In this document: piece after piece, positions 9,756 through 20,128 of the stretch
How positions within the stretch are numbered: position 1 is the first letter of the stretch
Layout of the letters: each line of letters starts with the position of its first letter
Made by a program: the position numbers and the translations under genes
The notes under the pieces: model-generated
Told to the model about the DNA's origin: nothing
What the model saw: only the letters and a program-made list of their open reading frames with translations
The model's database searches: none
Assembly (NCBI GenBank): GCA_963662655.2
Contig: CAXXTU010000002.1
Span: 1,504,001 to 1,568,000, forward strand
Length of the DNA stretch: 64,000 nucleotides
From: Candidatus Cloacimonadales bacterium
Lineage (GTDB): Bacteria; Cloacimonadota; Cloacimonadia; Cloacimonadales; JAIOQZ01
Direction of reading: 5' to 3'

Positions 9756-11252
9756 CTAAAATGTCGTCGTCAATTCAAGCAGGACACCCTCGAACGCGGA
9801 TTGCTGACGGCAGATGCCGTTGCGGCAAACCTTCCCCCCCTTCTGCTTTCCGCCGAACAACGTCAGGTTGGTGTCCTCGGTGATGGGAGCGGTGATCTCT
9901 CCGCCGATCCACCAGGAAGTCTTGTCCAGATCACCGGTGTCTTCGTACTCCGTCTCGGCTGTAATGGAGAAGTTCCAATGCTCGTACGCGGCATCCACTT
10001 GAAGCAGCGGCTCGTAGTGCTTCGCTTCCTTGCCGGCGTCCTTCTTGGAGACAATTTCGTATTCGCCGCGAATCATCACCGGTACGCTTGCAAGGGTGAA
10101 ATCAAACGCGAGGGCAGGCGTCAACTCTTTTCCCCACGTCTCGTTAACTTCGTTGAGATACTCGAGATGCTCGTAGTCGGCTGTGAGCACGAAGGATTCG
10201 AAGTCATACTTACCCTGCATGAAGAAGTTCGCCTGACGGTAGTCCTTGTCGGAGCTCCACGCTTCCGCGTAGCTGACAAACAGTTCGCTCGAGTAGTCCG
10301 GCGTGTACCGAACCTCGCCCAGATACCCTTCCTCGTCCTCACCCGGCTTGAGACCGCTCTCGGTGAGCGGTTCGTCGGCGTGATTAAGGGTGGGGATGTC
10401 CTGAAGCGGCTCGATGGAATCGGTGCGATAGTTAAAGTCTTCGTATTTTTTGTACGCGCCCGTGATCGTGATATCGGGTATATAGATCGTCGTGTTTGTA
10501 TAAAGTCCTGTCCCGTCCCTGTCCTCGCCCGGAAGTTCGGTCTCGTCCATCGTGGCGTACTCGCCGTAGAAATCGATCAGCCCGGTGGAGAGCTTCACCC
10601 TTCCGCCGAGTGTAGTAAGGTTCGAGAAGAGATCGTCCTCCTCGTTGGTGGAGGGATCAATTACGGTATAACCCTGGCGCAGTCCCAGCATGGTAAGTCC
10701 CACGCGAAGCTGCTTGATGATGCGCACTTCGAGGTCAGCGCCGGAGACGACGTCGTTCTTCTCTTCGCCGCCACGCTCGACAGGATAAACCGCATACATG
10801 CCCTGTACATCGAATCTGTCTTTCGTGAAGCGCGCTTTCGCACCTTCGAGACGCGTATCGTGATCGAGGTCCTTGTCTTCCCACGAACGGAAGATCATTC
10901 CCGACCCATACGATCCATCCATCGTTCCGGCATGCGCCGTCAACTGGTCGGTTTCATATGTGATGTAACGTTCGTCCCACTCGTAATAGAGGTCTTCCTG
11001 CTCGAGCTCATCGACCATCTCGCCTTCGTAGCTGCTGTACTCGGGGTACCCCGCGTTAAAAGACATTCCGAAGGTGAAGTGGTTGTAGTTCACGCGCATG
11101 GAAAAATCATCTTCAAAATAATGTTTGAGGGAATCGCCCTGCGCCTCGCGGTATCGGTACGCGATCTCGTTGGTTCCCGTGATGGAGAAGGTGTCTTCCG
11201 CGGAAAGCATCGCCGTTGCAAGAAGCGCAATCAATAATATCCAATATTTCAT
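9756..11252 (-). CDS. Outer-membrane beta-barrel protein (DUF6029-like) with C-terminal CRNGIC motif
   Basis: Signal peptide, alternating beta-strand pattern, YGSGMIFRSWED, GGKVCRNGICR, terminal Phe. Confidence 0.75.
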   Translation of the reverse strand: MKYWILLIALLATAMLSAEDTFSITGTNEIAYRYREAQGDSLKHYFEDDFSMRVNYNHFTFGMSFNAGYPEYSSYEGEMVDELEQEDLYYEWDERYITYETDQLTAHAGTMDGSYGSGMIFRSWEDKDLDHDTRLEGAKARFTKDRFDVQGMYAVYPVERGGEEKNDVVSGADLEVRIIKQLRVGLTMLGLRQGYTVIDPSTNEEDDLFSNLTTLGGRVKLSTGLIDFYGEYATMDETELPGEDRDGTGLYTNTTIYIPDITITGAYKKYEDFNYRTDSIEPLQDIPTLNHADEPLTESGLKPGEDEEGYLGEVRYTPDYSSELFVSYAEAWSSDKDYRQANFFMQGKYDFESFVLTADYEHLEYLNEVNETWGKELTPALAFDFTLASVPVMIRGEYEIVSKKDAGKEAKHYEPLLQVDAAYEHWNFSITAETEYEDTGDLDKTSWWIGGEITAPITEDTNLTLFGGKQKGGKVCRNGICRQQSAFEGVLLELTTTF

Positions 11253-11262
11253 CCCGTCCGTC

Positions 11263-11760
11263 CTATTCGGCTTCTACCGGTTTTTCGCTCAAGGCTTTCA
11301 CGATTTCTTCTTCCAGATGCATCTCATCGCCCTTCTGATATCCCACGTGAGAGAAAACCATCTCCCCGTCCTTGCTTATGATCATCGTGTGAGGAGGATT
11401 CTGTGCATTGAGCGCTTTGTAAACCTTCATGTCGGGATCGAGCAGCGTGAGGAACTGGAATCGGTTCTTCACGAAGCGGATCGCGTCTTCCTTCTTGGAT
11501 GGCTTGTCCACGGAGATGCAAACAACCGTAATCCGATCTTCGTATTTCTTCTGGAGCTTGTCCAACTCGGGCATTTCCTTCTTGCAGTTCTTGCACCATG
11601 TCGCCCAAAAACTGATAACAACCGGCCCCTTCTCCAGCAAACTGGAAAGCGACACCTGATCGCCGTTGATATCCTCGAGTTTGAAATCCTGCACTTTATC
11701 CGCCGCGAGGAGTCCCGCAGCCAAAACCGTCATGATAATCGTAAGAATGATTGTTCGCAT
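11263..11760 (-). CDS. TlpA family thiol:disulfide reductase
   Basis: Signal peptide, DFKLEDING, SFWATWCKNCKKEMPEL, PHTMIISKDG. Confidence 0.93.
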   Translation of the reverse strand: MRTIILTIIMTVLAAGLLAADKVQDFKLEDINGDQVSLSSLLEKGPVVISFWATWCKNCKKEMPELDKLQKKYEDRITVVCISVDKPSKKEDAIRFVKNRFQFLTLLDPDMKVYKALNAQNPPHTMIISKDGEMVFSHVGYQKGDEMHLEEEIVKALSEKPVEAE

Positions 11761-11774
11761 TGTATTGCTCCTTC

Positions 11775-13190
11775 CTATATACCTTCGATCGGAACTTCGA
11801 TCACGTTGTAAACTTTACAGTCGTTACCATACTGGGTATGCATGGTTTGCAGCCACACATAGAGAACCGTGTCATCCGGTAAATCGCCGGCGTACTCGAA
11901 ATTGAAGCGGTAGTCTTCATCGAAATTGCCGGAAGAGGCTTCCAGGCTTGTATACGCGACGCCGCCCTTCCACAAGACGGCCTGATGATAGTAGTCGCCG
12001 CCGTTGGATTGCGCGGTCTCTTCCACCAGCGCGTAACGGACAATCAAATCCGTCTCGTCCATGTACTCGTCGAGGTCGATATCAAGGTACACCATCATCT
12101 CATTATCAGCGCCGCTCCATTCCATCCTGCCGTCGGAAAGCAATGCCCGGGCGTCCACCGCGAGGTAGTCGTTAAGCGGTATCTCGTATTGCGATTGGCC
12201 CGATATTCCGCCGTTCATGACAAGCTGCCCCTGGAATACGGCCGTCGGGCATTCGATGTTACCGAGATAGTAGTCCAGGAGTTCGTCGTTGTCGTCGAAG
12301 AAACCGTCGTAGCTGTCGCTGATGTGGTACTCGACATAGTAGAACTTGTCGCCATAGATTTCCTTCAGGTCATGGAGAACTTGCTCGGACGTCGGGCAAT
12401 TCGGACACCAGGTTCCGGTGAAGAGCTCCACCAGCACCTTCTGCTTGGAGAGGTCGGGCGCATCCTGACCATTACCGCAGAAAATGTACTCGCCATCGAC
12501 GACGGTGTAGGTGTCGTCCACACGCAGCGTGAAACCGGTCGAGTTTTCCGTGATCTCGTAAACAAACGAGTTATCATAGGCATCGTAATTCAATATCGTA
12601 GTGGTTACACCCATGGATGGAGATATGTCGTCGAAGAGGTTGAAGAGCGAATCGCGGCCTACGCCATTGTTGTAATAGTCTGCGATGAAATACGATGCGA
12701 GCGTTGCGAAATCGCTATTCGTAATGGCATCGGCAAGGTCCGCTACATACTCGGTCTGTACATCGGCGAAAGCTTCCGCGGCCCGATTGCCGACAAACTT
12801 GAAATCGCCGCCGACCTTCTGCACGCAATCCACAAACGTCCACGAGAAGATCATATCCGTAATACCATCGTCACCGCCAAGTATCCACTTGATCTTCGAG
12901 ACATCGCCTTCGGTGAAGCGATCGATCGTCACGTGAAGATTCCACTCCTTATCCCCGAGCATGGTTTCGTACCAGTTAAGCTTATCGGCATAGTTTGCGC
13001 CGTCATTCAGGTAATCCTCGCTGTAGTAAGCCATCAGACGATCGACGTCATCAACCGTTGAAACGGATTGCACGGTGTTGGAAAGCTCGTCGAAAAAATC
13101 CGTCAGATGCTTGTCGAACTCCGAATCGAAGCGATCGCACCCAGAGAGAAGCAAGATAGCGGCTGCAATCAATAATAGAATTCTCTTCAT
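11775..13190 (-). CDS. Lipoprotein with two NTF2-like repeats and C-terminal Omp28/thioredoxin-like domain
   Basis: Lipobox LLLSGC; repeated YYSEDYLNDG / YFIADYYNNG; VLVELFTGTWCPNCP. Confidence 0.78.
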   Translation of the reverse strand: MKRILLLIAAAILLLSGCDRFDSEFDKHLTDFFDELSNTVQSVSTVDDVDRLMAYYSEDYLNDGANYADKLNWYETMLGDKEWNLHVTIDRFTEGDVSKIKWILGGDDGITDMIFSWTFVDCVQKVGGDFKFVGNRAAEAFADVQTEYVADLADAITNSDFATLASYFIADYYNNGVGRDSLFNLFDDISPSMGVTTTILNYDAYDNSFVYEITENSTGFTLRVDDTYTVVDGEYIFCGNGQDAPDLSKQKVLVELFTGTWCPNCPTSEQVLHDLKEIYGDKFYYVEYHISDSYDGFFDDNDELLDYYLGNIECPTAVFQGQLVMNGGISGQSQYEIPLNDYLAVDARALLSDGRMEWSGADNEMMVYLDIDLDEYMDETDLIVRYALVEETAQSNGGDYYHQAVLWKGGVAYTSLEASSGNFDEDYRFNFEYAGDLPDDTVLYVWLQTMHTQYGNDCKVYNVIEVPIEGI

Positions 13191-13245
13191 ATTTCTCTCC
13201 ATCTCATAATTACTAAAAAAATCTATCCCTGCATGGCATCGAGGA

Positions 13246-14958
13246 TCAGTTCCCGATCTTCTCGAGCTCGTCCTTCACCATGCTTTTGGTAATAATCTCG
13301 GGGAACACCACCGGATCGTCCTGCCCGGGAATGTAGAGCAAATAAAGCGGTACACCGGCGCGATCGAATTTGTGGAGCCACTCGATGATGAGAGGATCCT
13401 TGCGGGTGTTGTCACCCTTCATGCGCTCGACGCCGTATTTCTCGAACTCCTCCTCGATATCCTCGGTGAAGAGCACGGTCTTCTCGTTCGTCTTGCAGGT
13501 CATGCACCACTCCGCGCCGAAATCGACAAACACCGGCTTGCCGTCGTCGATGAAATCCTGGAGTAACTCGGGAGAAAATTTCTGCCAGCCCTCTTCCACC
13601 TGGTGTCCGCCGTCCGTGCTTTCAAAACGTAGCAGGAACATCGCGGAGAATACCACCACGGCGATCGCCGTCAGCAGCGCGATCCACTGTTGCGCCTTGC
13701 TGTGATGCGGTTTGGCAAAGCTGCCGTAAATCCAGGCCGCAAGCCCAAGCGATGCGATGAACCACAGAACCCGCATGAAGTTTCCACCGCCACCGACCAG
13801 CGCGTACACGGTGTTCAGCAGGAAAATCGTGGTTCCCATCAAGAGGAATCCCATGAACTCCTTGAACACGTTCATCCAGTTGCCGGGTTTCGGGATCGCC
13901 TTGATCACCCCGGGCCAGAACGCCAGGAGGATGAACGGGAAGGCCAATCCGAGGCCGATCAGCAGGAAGAAGATGACGATGAGTAGCGGAGGCTGAATGA
14001 ACGCGAATCCCAGCGCAGCGCCCAGGAAAGGAGCCGTACAGGGTGTTGCCAGTAGAACCGCCACGATGCCGCTGAGGAACGATCCCCAATGGCCGGATTT
14101 CCCGGAAGCCTTCGATGCAAGCCCCATCCCGGGAGCGGAAATGATGAACACGTCGAAAAGCGAAAGACCGAACACGAAGATGATCGACGTCAGCACCATC
14201 ACGAAACCGAAGTTCTGGAACTGGAAGCCCCAGCCCACCGATTCGCCCGAGAGCTTGATGATGATGACAACGGCTGCCAGGATCAGGAACGAAACCAGGA
14301 TTCCCGCCGTGTAGGCGAAGGAACCTTTCATGATCTCCCTTTTATGGTGCTGGCTCTGGTTGACCAGGTGAATCGCCTTGATGGAAAGCACCGGAAGTAC
14401 GCATGGCATGATGTTCAGGATCAAACCGCCCACAAACGCCATGAGGAGGAACTTGAAGATGTCTGCCGCGGATGTACCGGCTTTCCGCGTCGGTTCGGAC
14501 TGCTCGTCAGAGCCGGTTACGGTGGCGGTTAGCTTGTAATCGGCTGTAACCTCGAATTCCTCGGGAAACAGGCATTGCCCCATTTCATTGCAGACCTGAA
14601 AACCGGCCGCGATGGAGAGCAGGTAGTCACCAGGCTGAACGCTCGAATCGACTTGCATCGGTCGCTTGAGCGTAATCGTTCCGGTGTACTCCGTTACGCC
14701 CTCCGCGTCCTTGTGCCCTTCGGGATACTCGGTATCGCCGAATGTAACCCCCGGCATTGCCGTTGGTTCGATATATAGATAATCTTCCTGCAATGTCGCG
14801 TGCATTCCTTCGGGGAATGTGTACGTTACGTGAAGATACGCCTTGCCGTCCGTGCCAATTTCCGATGGAACAATTTCAGCGGTGATGGTTGTTTCTTGAG
14901 CCCACAGTGAGGCTGTAATGAGTAGGAATAACAGTGAAATGATTCGCAGCGACTTCAT
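13246..14958 (-). CDS. dsbD: Thiol:disulfide interchange protein DsbD
   Basis: N-domain QVCNEMGQCLFP, TM domain NIMPCVLP and ATPCTAPF, C-terminal thioredoxin AEWCMTCK. Confidence 0.93.
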   Translation of the reverse strand: MKSLRIISLLFLLITASLWAQETTITAEIVPSEIGTDGKAYLHVTYTFPEGMHATLQEDYLYIEPTAMPGVTFGDTEYPEGHKDAEGVTEYTGTITLKRPMQVDSSVQPGDYLLSIAAGFQVCNEMGQCLFPEEFEVTADYKLTATVTGSDEQSEPTRKAGTSAADIFKFLLMAFVGGLILNIMPCVLPVLSIKAIHLVNQSQHHKREIMKGSFAYTAGILVSFLILAAVVIIIKLSGESVGWGFQFQNFGFVMVLTSIIFVFGLSLFDVFIISAPGMGLASKASGKSGHWGSFLSGIVAVLLATPCTAPFLGAALGFAFIQPPLLIVIFFLLIGLGLAFPFILLAFWPGVIKAIPKPGNWMNVFKEFMGFLLMGTTIFLLNTVYALVGGGGNFMRVLWFIASLGLAAWIYGSFAKPHHSKAQQWIALLTAIAVVVFSAMFLLRFESTDGGHQVEEGWQKFSPELLQDFIDDGKPVFVDFGAEWCMTCKTNEKTVLFTEDIEEEFEKYGVERMKGDNTRKDPLIIEWLHKFDRAGVPLYLLYIPGQDDPVVFPEIITKSMVKDELEKIGN

Positions 14959-15218
14959 GCAAAACCTCCGTCGGTCGAATGTATCCGTCGATTTTTATTA
15001 TCCTGCAACTTTCTTGCAAGATAAATCGAACGCAGTGTACAATGAAAAACATTTTCGTCTATTTTGTTCACAGCGTCAATTGTTTTTATTGTCAAATGTA
15101 GATTTACAGCGGTTGCTCCGTCATAACCGGTATGTAATGAATATTTTACATTTCCAAACATTCTTCTTATAATTCCTTGCGTTCTCTTTCGGCAATAATA
15201 TTCAGACAAAAATATCTC

Positions 15219-15247
15219 TTGCAAAAATCCCTGCGGTTCTGTATACA
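15219..15247 (+). promoter_or_regulatory. Candidate sigma70 promoter of the glycogen operon
   Basis: TTGCAA-17 nt-TATACA in the AT-rich divergent intergenic region. Confidence 0.4.
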
Positions 15248-15272
15248 GGCAAAAATCATTTTAGGAAGGATT

Positions 15273-17357
15273 ATGCAAAAAAGAGTCCAGATGTCCAACT
15301 ATTTCATGGAGACCCAGCATCATGAATGGATTCTAACGAATCGGCTTGGCGGCTATGCTTTGGGAACCGGCAATCTCGTGAACCAAAGAAAATACCACGG
15401 CCTGCTCGTTGCAGGATTCGACAATCTCGAGCGTCGTCATCTTGTGGAGAGTATGGAAGAGAAAATCGAGTGGCGCGGAGAGGAATTCTACCTGGATAGC
15501 AATAACTACAGCAACTGCATCTACCCGGAAGGATTCCTGCACCTGGTCAAATCATGGCTGCGCCCCTACCCCATCTTCCTCTATTCGACCGCGCACCACG
15601 ACGATGCGATCTTGATCCTGAAAGAAATCATGATGGACCGCGATTCGAACACGGTCATGATACGATACACCAATCTGGGGAACCATCAGCTCCACTTTCA
15701 ACTGCGCCCCAAGCTCTCCATGCGGGTTCACCATGACCTGAACGCGCCCGGAACATGGGACAGGGAACAGCTCAACACCATCATCGGCATGCAGGGCGAG
15801 AACTCGTTCACCACGTTCAGACCCGGCAACAAGATGGAGCTCAACGGATGCGCGCTTTCCGGCGATTTCCACTACGAGACCATCATCTACCGCGATGTGT
15901 ATTACCCCTGGGAGGTGATGCTCGGTTACAAGGGCACGGGCGACATGATCGCGCCGGTTCGGATCGATTTCGACCTCAAGGTGGGTGCGCATAACTGCAT
16001 CCTCTTCTGTAGCGAGCCCATCGAAAATCCCGCCGAGACGGTCGAGCACATCGAGAAATACTACGCCGATATCCCCAGGCCGTCCGATTACCCCGTTCGT
16101 GAAGCGGATAAAACCATCCTCGACAATCTCGACTACACCGATTCGGTACTCTTCCCGGACGAGGCGTACCGAAAGCTGCTGGCGATCGCCTACGACGACT
16201 TCATCCTGTCGGGAGACATCATCGCTGGATTCCCCTGGTTCGGAGCCTGGGGAAGGGATACCATGATCTCGCTCGAAGGTCTTTATCACACTCCGGAAGG
16301 CATGGAAAGAGCCTGGGACATCCTGAACCGCTACGGAAAACGAATCCGGCGGGGACTCCTGCCCAACGTCCTGCCCGAGTCGGGCGCGGAAGCGAACTAC
16401 GATTCCGTGGATGCCGCCCTGTGGTATGTGATACGTCTTTACGAGGTCGTCGAAAGAAAATCACGGATTGAGAGTACGAAGAAAGCGCAGAGGATTCTCT
16501 GGGAAACCGCCTTCGACTACGCGGATAAAATCGTGCAGGGATTCCTCAAACACAAATCGCATTATCAGATGCGCCCCGACGGCCTGGTGGAGCTCAAGAA
16601 GAACTTCGCCAACGCGACCTGGATGGACGCCAGAATCGAGGGAATCGAAGTTACGCCGCGGCACGGAGCGCCCATCGAGATCAACGGTTTATGGTACAAC
16701 GCGCTCAAGTGCTATCAAATCATGTACAACGAACTGCAAGCGCTCCTTCCGAAGAAAGAGCAATTCAAGCCCTCCTTCGATATCGACGAGTTGGCAACGC
16801 GCGTTCTCGAGGCATTCGGCCAGTTTTGGACCGGCGATTATCTAGCGGACAGGCTGGAAGGCGACAAGCGCATCGAAGACGTCCGGCCCAACGCTGTCAT
16901 CGCCTGCGGACTCCCCTTCGAGATCGTCGATCAGGAGCGGATGGAAGCCGTGTTCGAGAAAGCTCGCAAGGAGCTTTACACGGAGTACGGGCTCAGGACG
17001 CTTTCGCCGAAGGACTACCGCTTCAAGAAGAAATACATCGGTTCGCAGATCGACCGAGACAAGGCCTACCACCAGGGAACCGTGTGGGCCTGGCCGCTCG
17101 AGTATTACGCCAAGCTCTATGCGCGAATCAACAAAGACAAGCTCTCCCGGGAGGAATTGAACGCCGGCCTCGGCGAGATCATTCACAAATTTCGCAACGG
17201 CTTCAAGCGCGGGCACATCGCCTCGGTGGCCGAGGTGTGGGACGGCAGCAAGCCACATTTCCCCAAGGGATGCCCTGCGCAAGCATGGAGCGTTGCGGCG
17301 ATTTATAACGTAGAAATGATGATCGCAAACAATAACGACGAAAAGGACGCCCGATGA
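15273..17357 (+). CDS. Glycogen debranching enzyme (amylo-alpha-1,6-glucosidase, GH133 type)
   Basis: EWILTNRLGGYA, RKYHGLL, IAGFPWFGAWGRDTMISL, TWMDA, YHQGTVWAW, GCPAQAWS; SD AGGAAGGA before ATG 15273. Confidence 0.93.
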   Translation: MQKRVQMSNYFMETQHHEWILTNRLGGYALGTGNLVNQRKYHGLLVAGFDNLERRHLVESMEEKIEWRGEEFYLDSNNYSNCIYPEGFLHLVKSWLRPYPIFLYSTAHHDDAILILKEIMMDRDSNTVMIRYTNLGNHQLHFQLRPKLSMRVHHDLNAPGTWDREQLNTIIGMQGENSFTTFRPGNKMELNGCALSGDFHYETIIYRDVYYPWEVMLGYKGTGDMIAPVRIDFDLKVGAHNCILFCSEPIENPAETVEHIEKYYADIPRPSDYPVREADKTILDNLDYTDSVLFPDEAYRKLLAIAYDDFILSGDIIAGFPWFGAWGRDTMISLEGLYHTPEGMERAWDILNRYGKRIRRGLLPNVLPESGAEANYDSVDAALWYVIRLYEVVERKSRIESTKKAQRILWETAFDYADKIVQGFLKHKSHYQMRPDGLVELKKNFANATWMDARIEGIEVTPRHGAPIEINGLWYNALKCYQIMYNELQALLPKKEQFKPSFDIDELATRVLEAFGQFWTGDYLADRLEGDKRIEDVRPNAVIACGLPFEIVDQERMEAVFEKARKELYTEYGLRTLSPKDYRFKKKYIGSQIDRDKAYHQGTVWAWPLEYYAKLYARINKDKLSREELNAGLGEIIHKFRNGFKRGHIASVAEVWDGSKPHFPKGCPAQAWSVAAIYNVEMMIANNNDEKDAR

Positions 17358-18697
17358 GAATCCTGATGTACACCTGGGAATTCCCGCCATTGATCGCCGG
17401 CGGACTTGGAATGGCATGCTACGGCATGGTCAAAGCGCTTCTGAAGCAGGACGTGGCAATTGACATGGTGATTCCCACGCGGGAAGCGGTTTACTTCCCT
17501 CTGCGAAAACCGGAGGACGTCGACTCATTGCCTGTGGTATTCCTGGATAAACACAAACAGACCGATTACGATTCGAGGACCTTCGACGATCCGAACGAAC
17601 GTTTCAAATACATTGGAATCACCGAATCGCCGGAAACCTACAAGCAAGTCGACGAGATCAGCGAGACCATCAAGAAGGCTGTGGATGAGGAAAAAATGGA
17701 AGCCGAAACGGAACCCGAGAAACACGGGTATGACGACATTTGGGACAACATCGCCCACCACCTGATGGGGGCCGACGACATCTTCAAGCGCGTTCAGGAA
17801 TTCACGCTTCGGGCGGAAAGGTTCGCCAAGATTCTCGAATACGACGCCATCCACGCGCACGACTGGCTTTGCTATCCTTCGGGCATGATTGCCCGTAAGA
17901 TATCGGGAAAACCGTTGGTTGCCCACATGCACGCCACCGAGTTCGACCGCGCGGGGGGGCCCGGGAACCCCAACGTTCACAACATTGAGTTCACTGGCAT
18001 GACCTATTCCGATTACGTCATCGCGGTTTCCCAATACACAGCGGAGATGGTTATCTCCCGCTACCGGATCGACACCGGTAAAATCCGCATCGTTCACAAC
18101 GCCTACATCGTCGAGGACGACATCGAGCACTGCGAGAAGCGCCTCTTCAAGGGTACGACAATCCTTTTCTTGGGACGCATCACCCTGCAAAAGGGACCCG
18201 AGTTTTTCCTCGATGTCGCCAAGAGCGTTCTGGAGAAACACCCCGACGCACGTTTCATCATGGCCGGAAGCGGGGACATGGCGCGCAAAATCATTCACCG
18301 CTCCGCGTTCCTCAAGCTGCGCAACCGCTTCCTCTTCACAGGATTCCTCAATCGCAAAGAAGTGGACGAGATTCTCAAGATGTCGGACATCTACATGCTT
18401 CCCTCCATCTCGGAGCCATTCGGAATCGCGCCGCTGGAGGCGATGGCCTACGGCGTTACGGCGATTATTTCCAAGCAGTCGGGCGTCTCGGAGGTTGTCG
18501 AGAACGCCTATAAAATCGATTTCTGGGATGTCCCGAAGATGGTCAAGACCATCAACGACCTGATCGAGCATCCGGCGAAGCGAAAGAAAATGGGTATCGC
18601 CGGGATGAACGAAGTCCATCAGATTCAGTGGGACGACGCCGCGACCAAGATCAAAGACGTCTACCAGGAAGCCATCGACGAATACATGCAGGAATAA
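17354..18697 (+). CDS. GT4 glycosyltransferase (putative alpha-glucan synthase)
   Basis: WEFPP..AGGLG, IHAHDW, HATEFDR, QKGPE, SEPFGIAPLEAM. Confidence 0.92.
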   Translation: MRILMYTWEFPPLIAGGLGMACYGMVKALLKQDVAIDMVIPTREAVYFPLRKPEDVDSLPVVFLDKHKQTDYDSRTFDDPNERFKYIGITESPETYKQVDEISETIKKAVDEEKMEAETEPEKHGYDDIWDNIAHHLMGADDIFKRVQEFTLRAERFAKILEYDAIHAHDWLCYPSGMIARKISGKPLVAHMHATEFDRAGGPGNPNVHNIEFTGMTYSDYVIAVSQYTAEMVISRYRIDTGKIRIVHNAYIVEDDIEHCEKRLFKGTTILFLGRITLQKGPEFFLDVAKSVLEKHPDARFIMAGSGDMARKIIHRSAFLKLRNRFLFTGFLNRKEVDEILKMSDIYMLPSISEPFGIAPLEAMAYGVTAIISKQSGVSEVVENAYKIDFWDVPKMVKTINDLIEHPAKRKKMGIAGMNEVHQIQWDDAATKIKDVYQEAIDEYMQE

Positions 18698-18708
18698 AGG
18701 ATCCATCT

Positions 18709-19938
18709 ATGTTGAACATCGTTTTTTACTTTCAGGTGCACCAGCCCTATCGACTCCGCCACTTGAACATCCTCAACGCGCGTTCCGCCAGCGATTATTT
18801 CGACAATGGCCTCGATCAGATCGTGATGCAGAGGGTCGCCGAGCGCTGTTACCTTCCGGCGAACCAGCTCATGCTGAAGCAGCTCCGCCGGTTCCACGGC
18901 AAGTTCAAAATCGCTTATTCCATCACCGGCTGCGCCATCGAGCAGATGAAGCTCTACGCGCCCGAGGTTCTGGATTCCTTCCACGCGCTGATGGATACGG
19001 GGCACGTGGAGATGATCGGCGAAACCTACTATCATTCCCTCTCCAGCCTCTACGACATCGATGAATTCCTCGAGCAGGTCCAGCAGCACAAGAAGCTCCT
19101 GAGGGAAGAATTCGGAATCACGCCCACCGTATTCCGCAACACGGAGCTCATCTACGACGACATGCTCTCCAACCTCATCTTCGAAGAGGAAGGCTACAAG
19201 GTCATCCTGACTGAGGGCGCCGACCGTATTCTCCGCTGGAGGAAGCCGCTGCACGCCTACAAGAATTTCACCAAGGACATCTTCCTGCTGCTCAAACACT
19301 ACAAGCTCTCCGACGACATCGCGTTCCGCTTCTCCGACCCCCAGTGGGACGAGTACCCCCTTACAGCGGAGAAATTCGTGCACTGGATCAACCAGCTTAC
19401 CCTCAGCGAGCAGGATGGCAAAAACCAGTTCCTGAACATCTTCATCGATTACGAAACCTTCGGTGAGCACCAGTGGGCGGAAAGCGGTATCTTCAAATTC
19501 ATGGAGAAGCTGCCGGAAACCGTATTGGTTCAACCGAACCTGGGATTCTGCTTCCCGTCGGAGGTGGAGAAATTCACCAACTACCAGCCGGAAAGTATCA
19601 CCGTGCCCGAGCCGGTATCCTGGGCCGACCTCGACCGCGACATCTCGGCATGGGTCGAGAACGACATGCAAACCAACGCGATCGAATCGCTCTACGAGCT
19701 CATCCATAAAATCAAGCAGGCCAATCGAACCGACCTCCTGCGCACGGCAAGGCTGCTTTCGACTTCGGATCACTTCTACTATATGTCCACCAAGTATTTC
19801 CAGGACGGTGACGTACACAAGTACTTCTCGCCTTACGATTCTCCGGAGCAAGCCTACATCTATTACATCAACGCGCTTGCCGACCTCGAAGAGAAGCTGC
19901 ATGAAGAACCCGTTAAAGTGGAGGAGCATAGCGATTGA
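18709..19938 (+). CDS. GH57 alpha-amylase family protein
   Basis: YFQVHQPYRL, ETYYHSL, FRNTELIY, DYETFGEH, TSDHFYYMSTK. Confidence 0.93.
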   Translation: MLNIVFYFQVHQPYRLRHLNILNARSASDYFDNGLDQIVMQRVAERCYLPANQLMLKQLRRFHGKFKIAYSITGCAIEQMKLYAPEVLDSFHALMDTGHVEMIGETYYHSLSSLYDIDEFLEQVQQHKKLLREEFGITPTVFRNTELIYDDMLSNLIFEEEGYKVILTEGADRILRWRKPLHAYKNFTKDIFLLLKHYKLSDDIAFRFSDPQWDEYPLTAEKFVHWINQLTLSEQDGKNQFLNIFIDYETFGEHQWAESGIFKFMEKLPETVLVQPNLGFCFPSEVEKFTNYQPESITVPEPVSWADLDRDISAWVENDMQTNAIESLYELIHKIKQANRTDLLRTARLLSTSDHFYYMSTKYFQDGDVHKYFSPYDSPEQAYIYYINALADLEEKLHEEPVKVEEHSD

Positions 19939-20128
19939 AATTGTTTCATCCCGCTTTTTTCTTTAAATTGGAACAAAAATCGTTAATCATGGTTTCATGT
20001 ACAGGAGACTTTATCCTGGAAATTCACTGTCTCTCCGATCGCTGGCTGTGGATCATTAAAATAACGGTTGACGCTACGGATTAATCGGCGAATATTCGCT
20101 CTACTTACTTGAAAGGTGTATTTTATCT

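Noticed and set aside
11263..14958. SECIS elements or in-frame TGA in TlpA, the lipoprotein or DsbD
   Set aside because: No in-frame TGA; for TlpA and the lipoprotein, only weak or misplaced hairpins follow the CxxC codons
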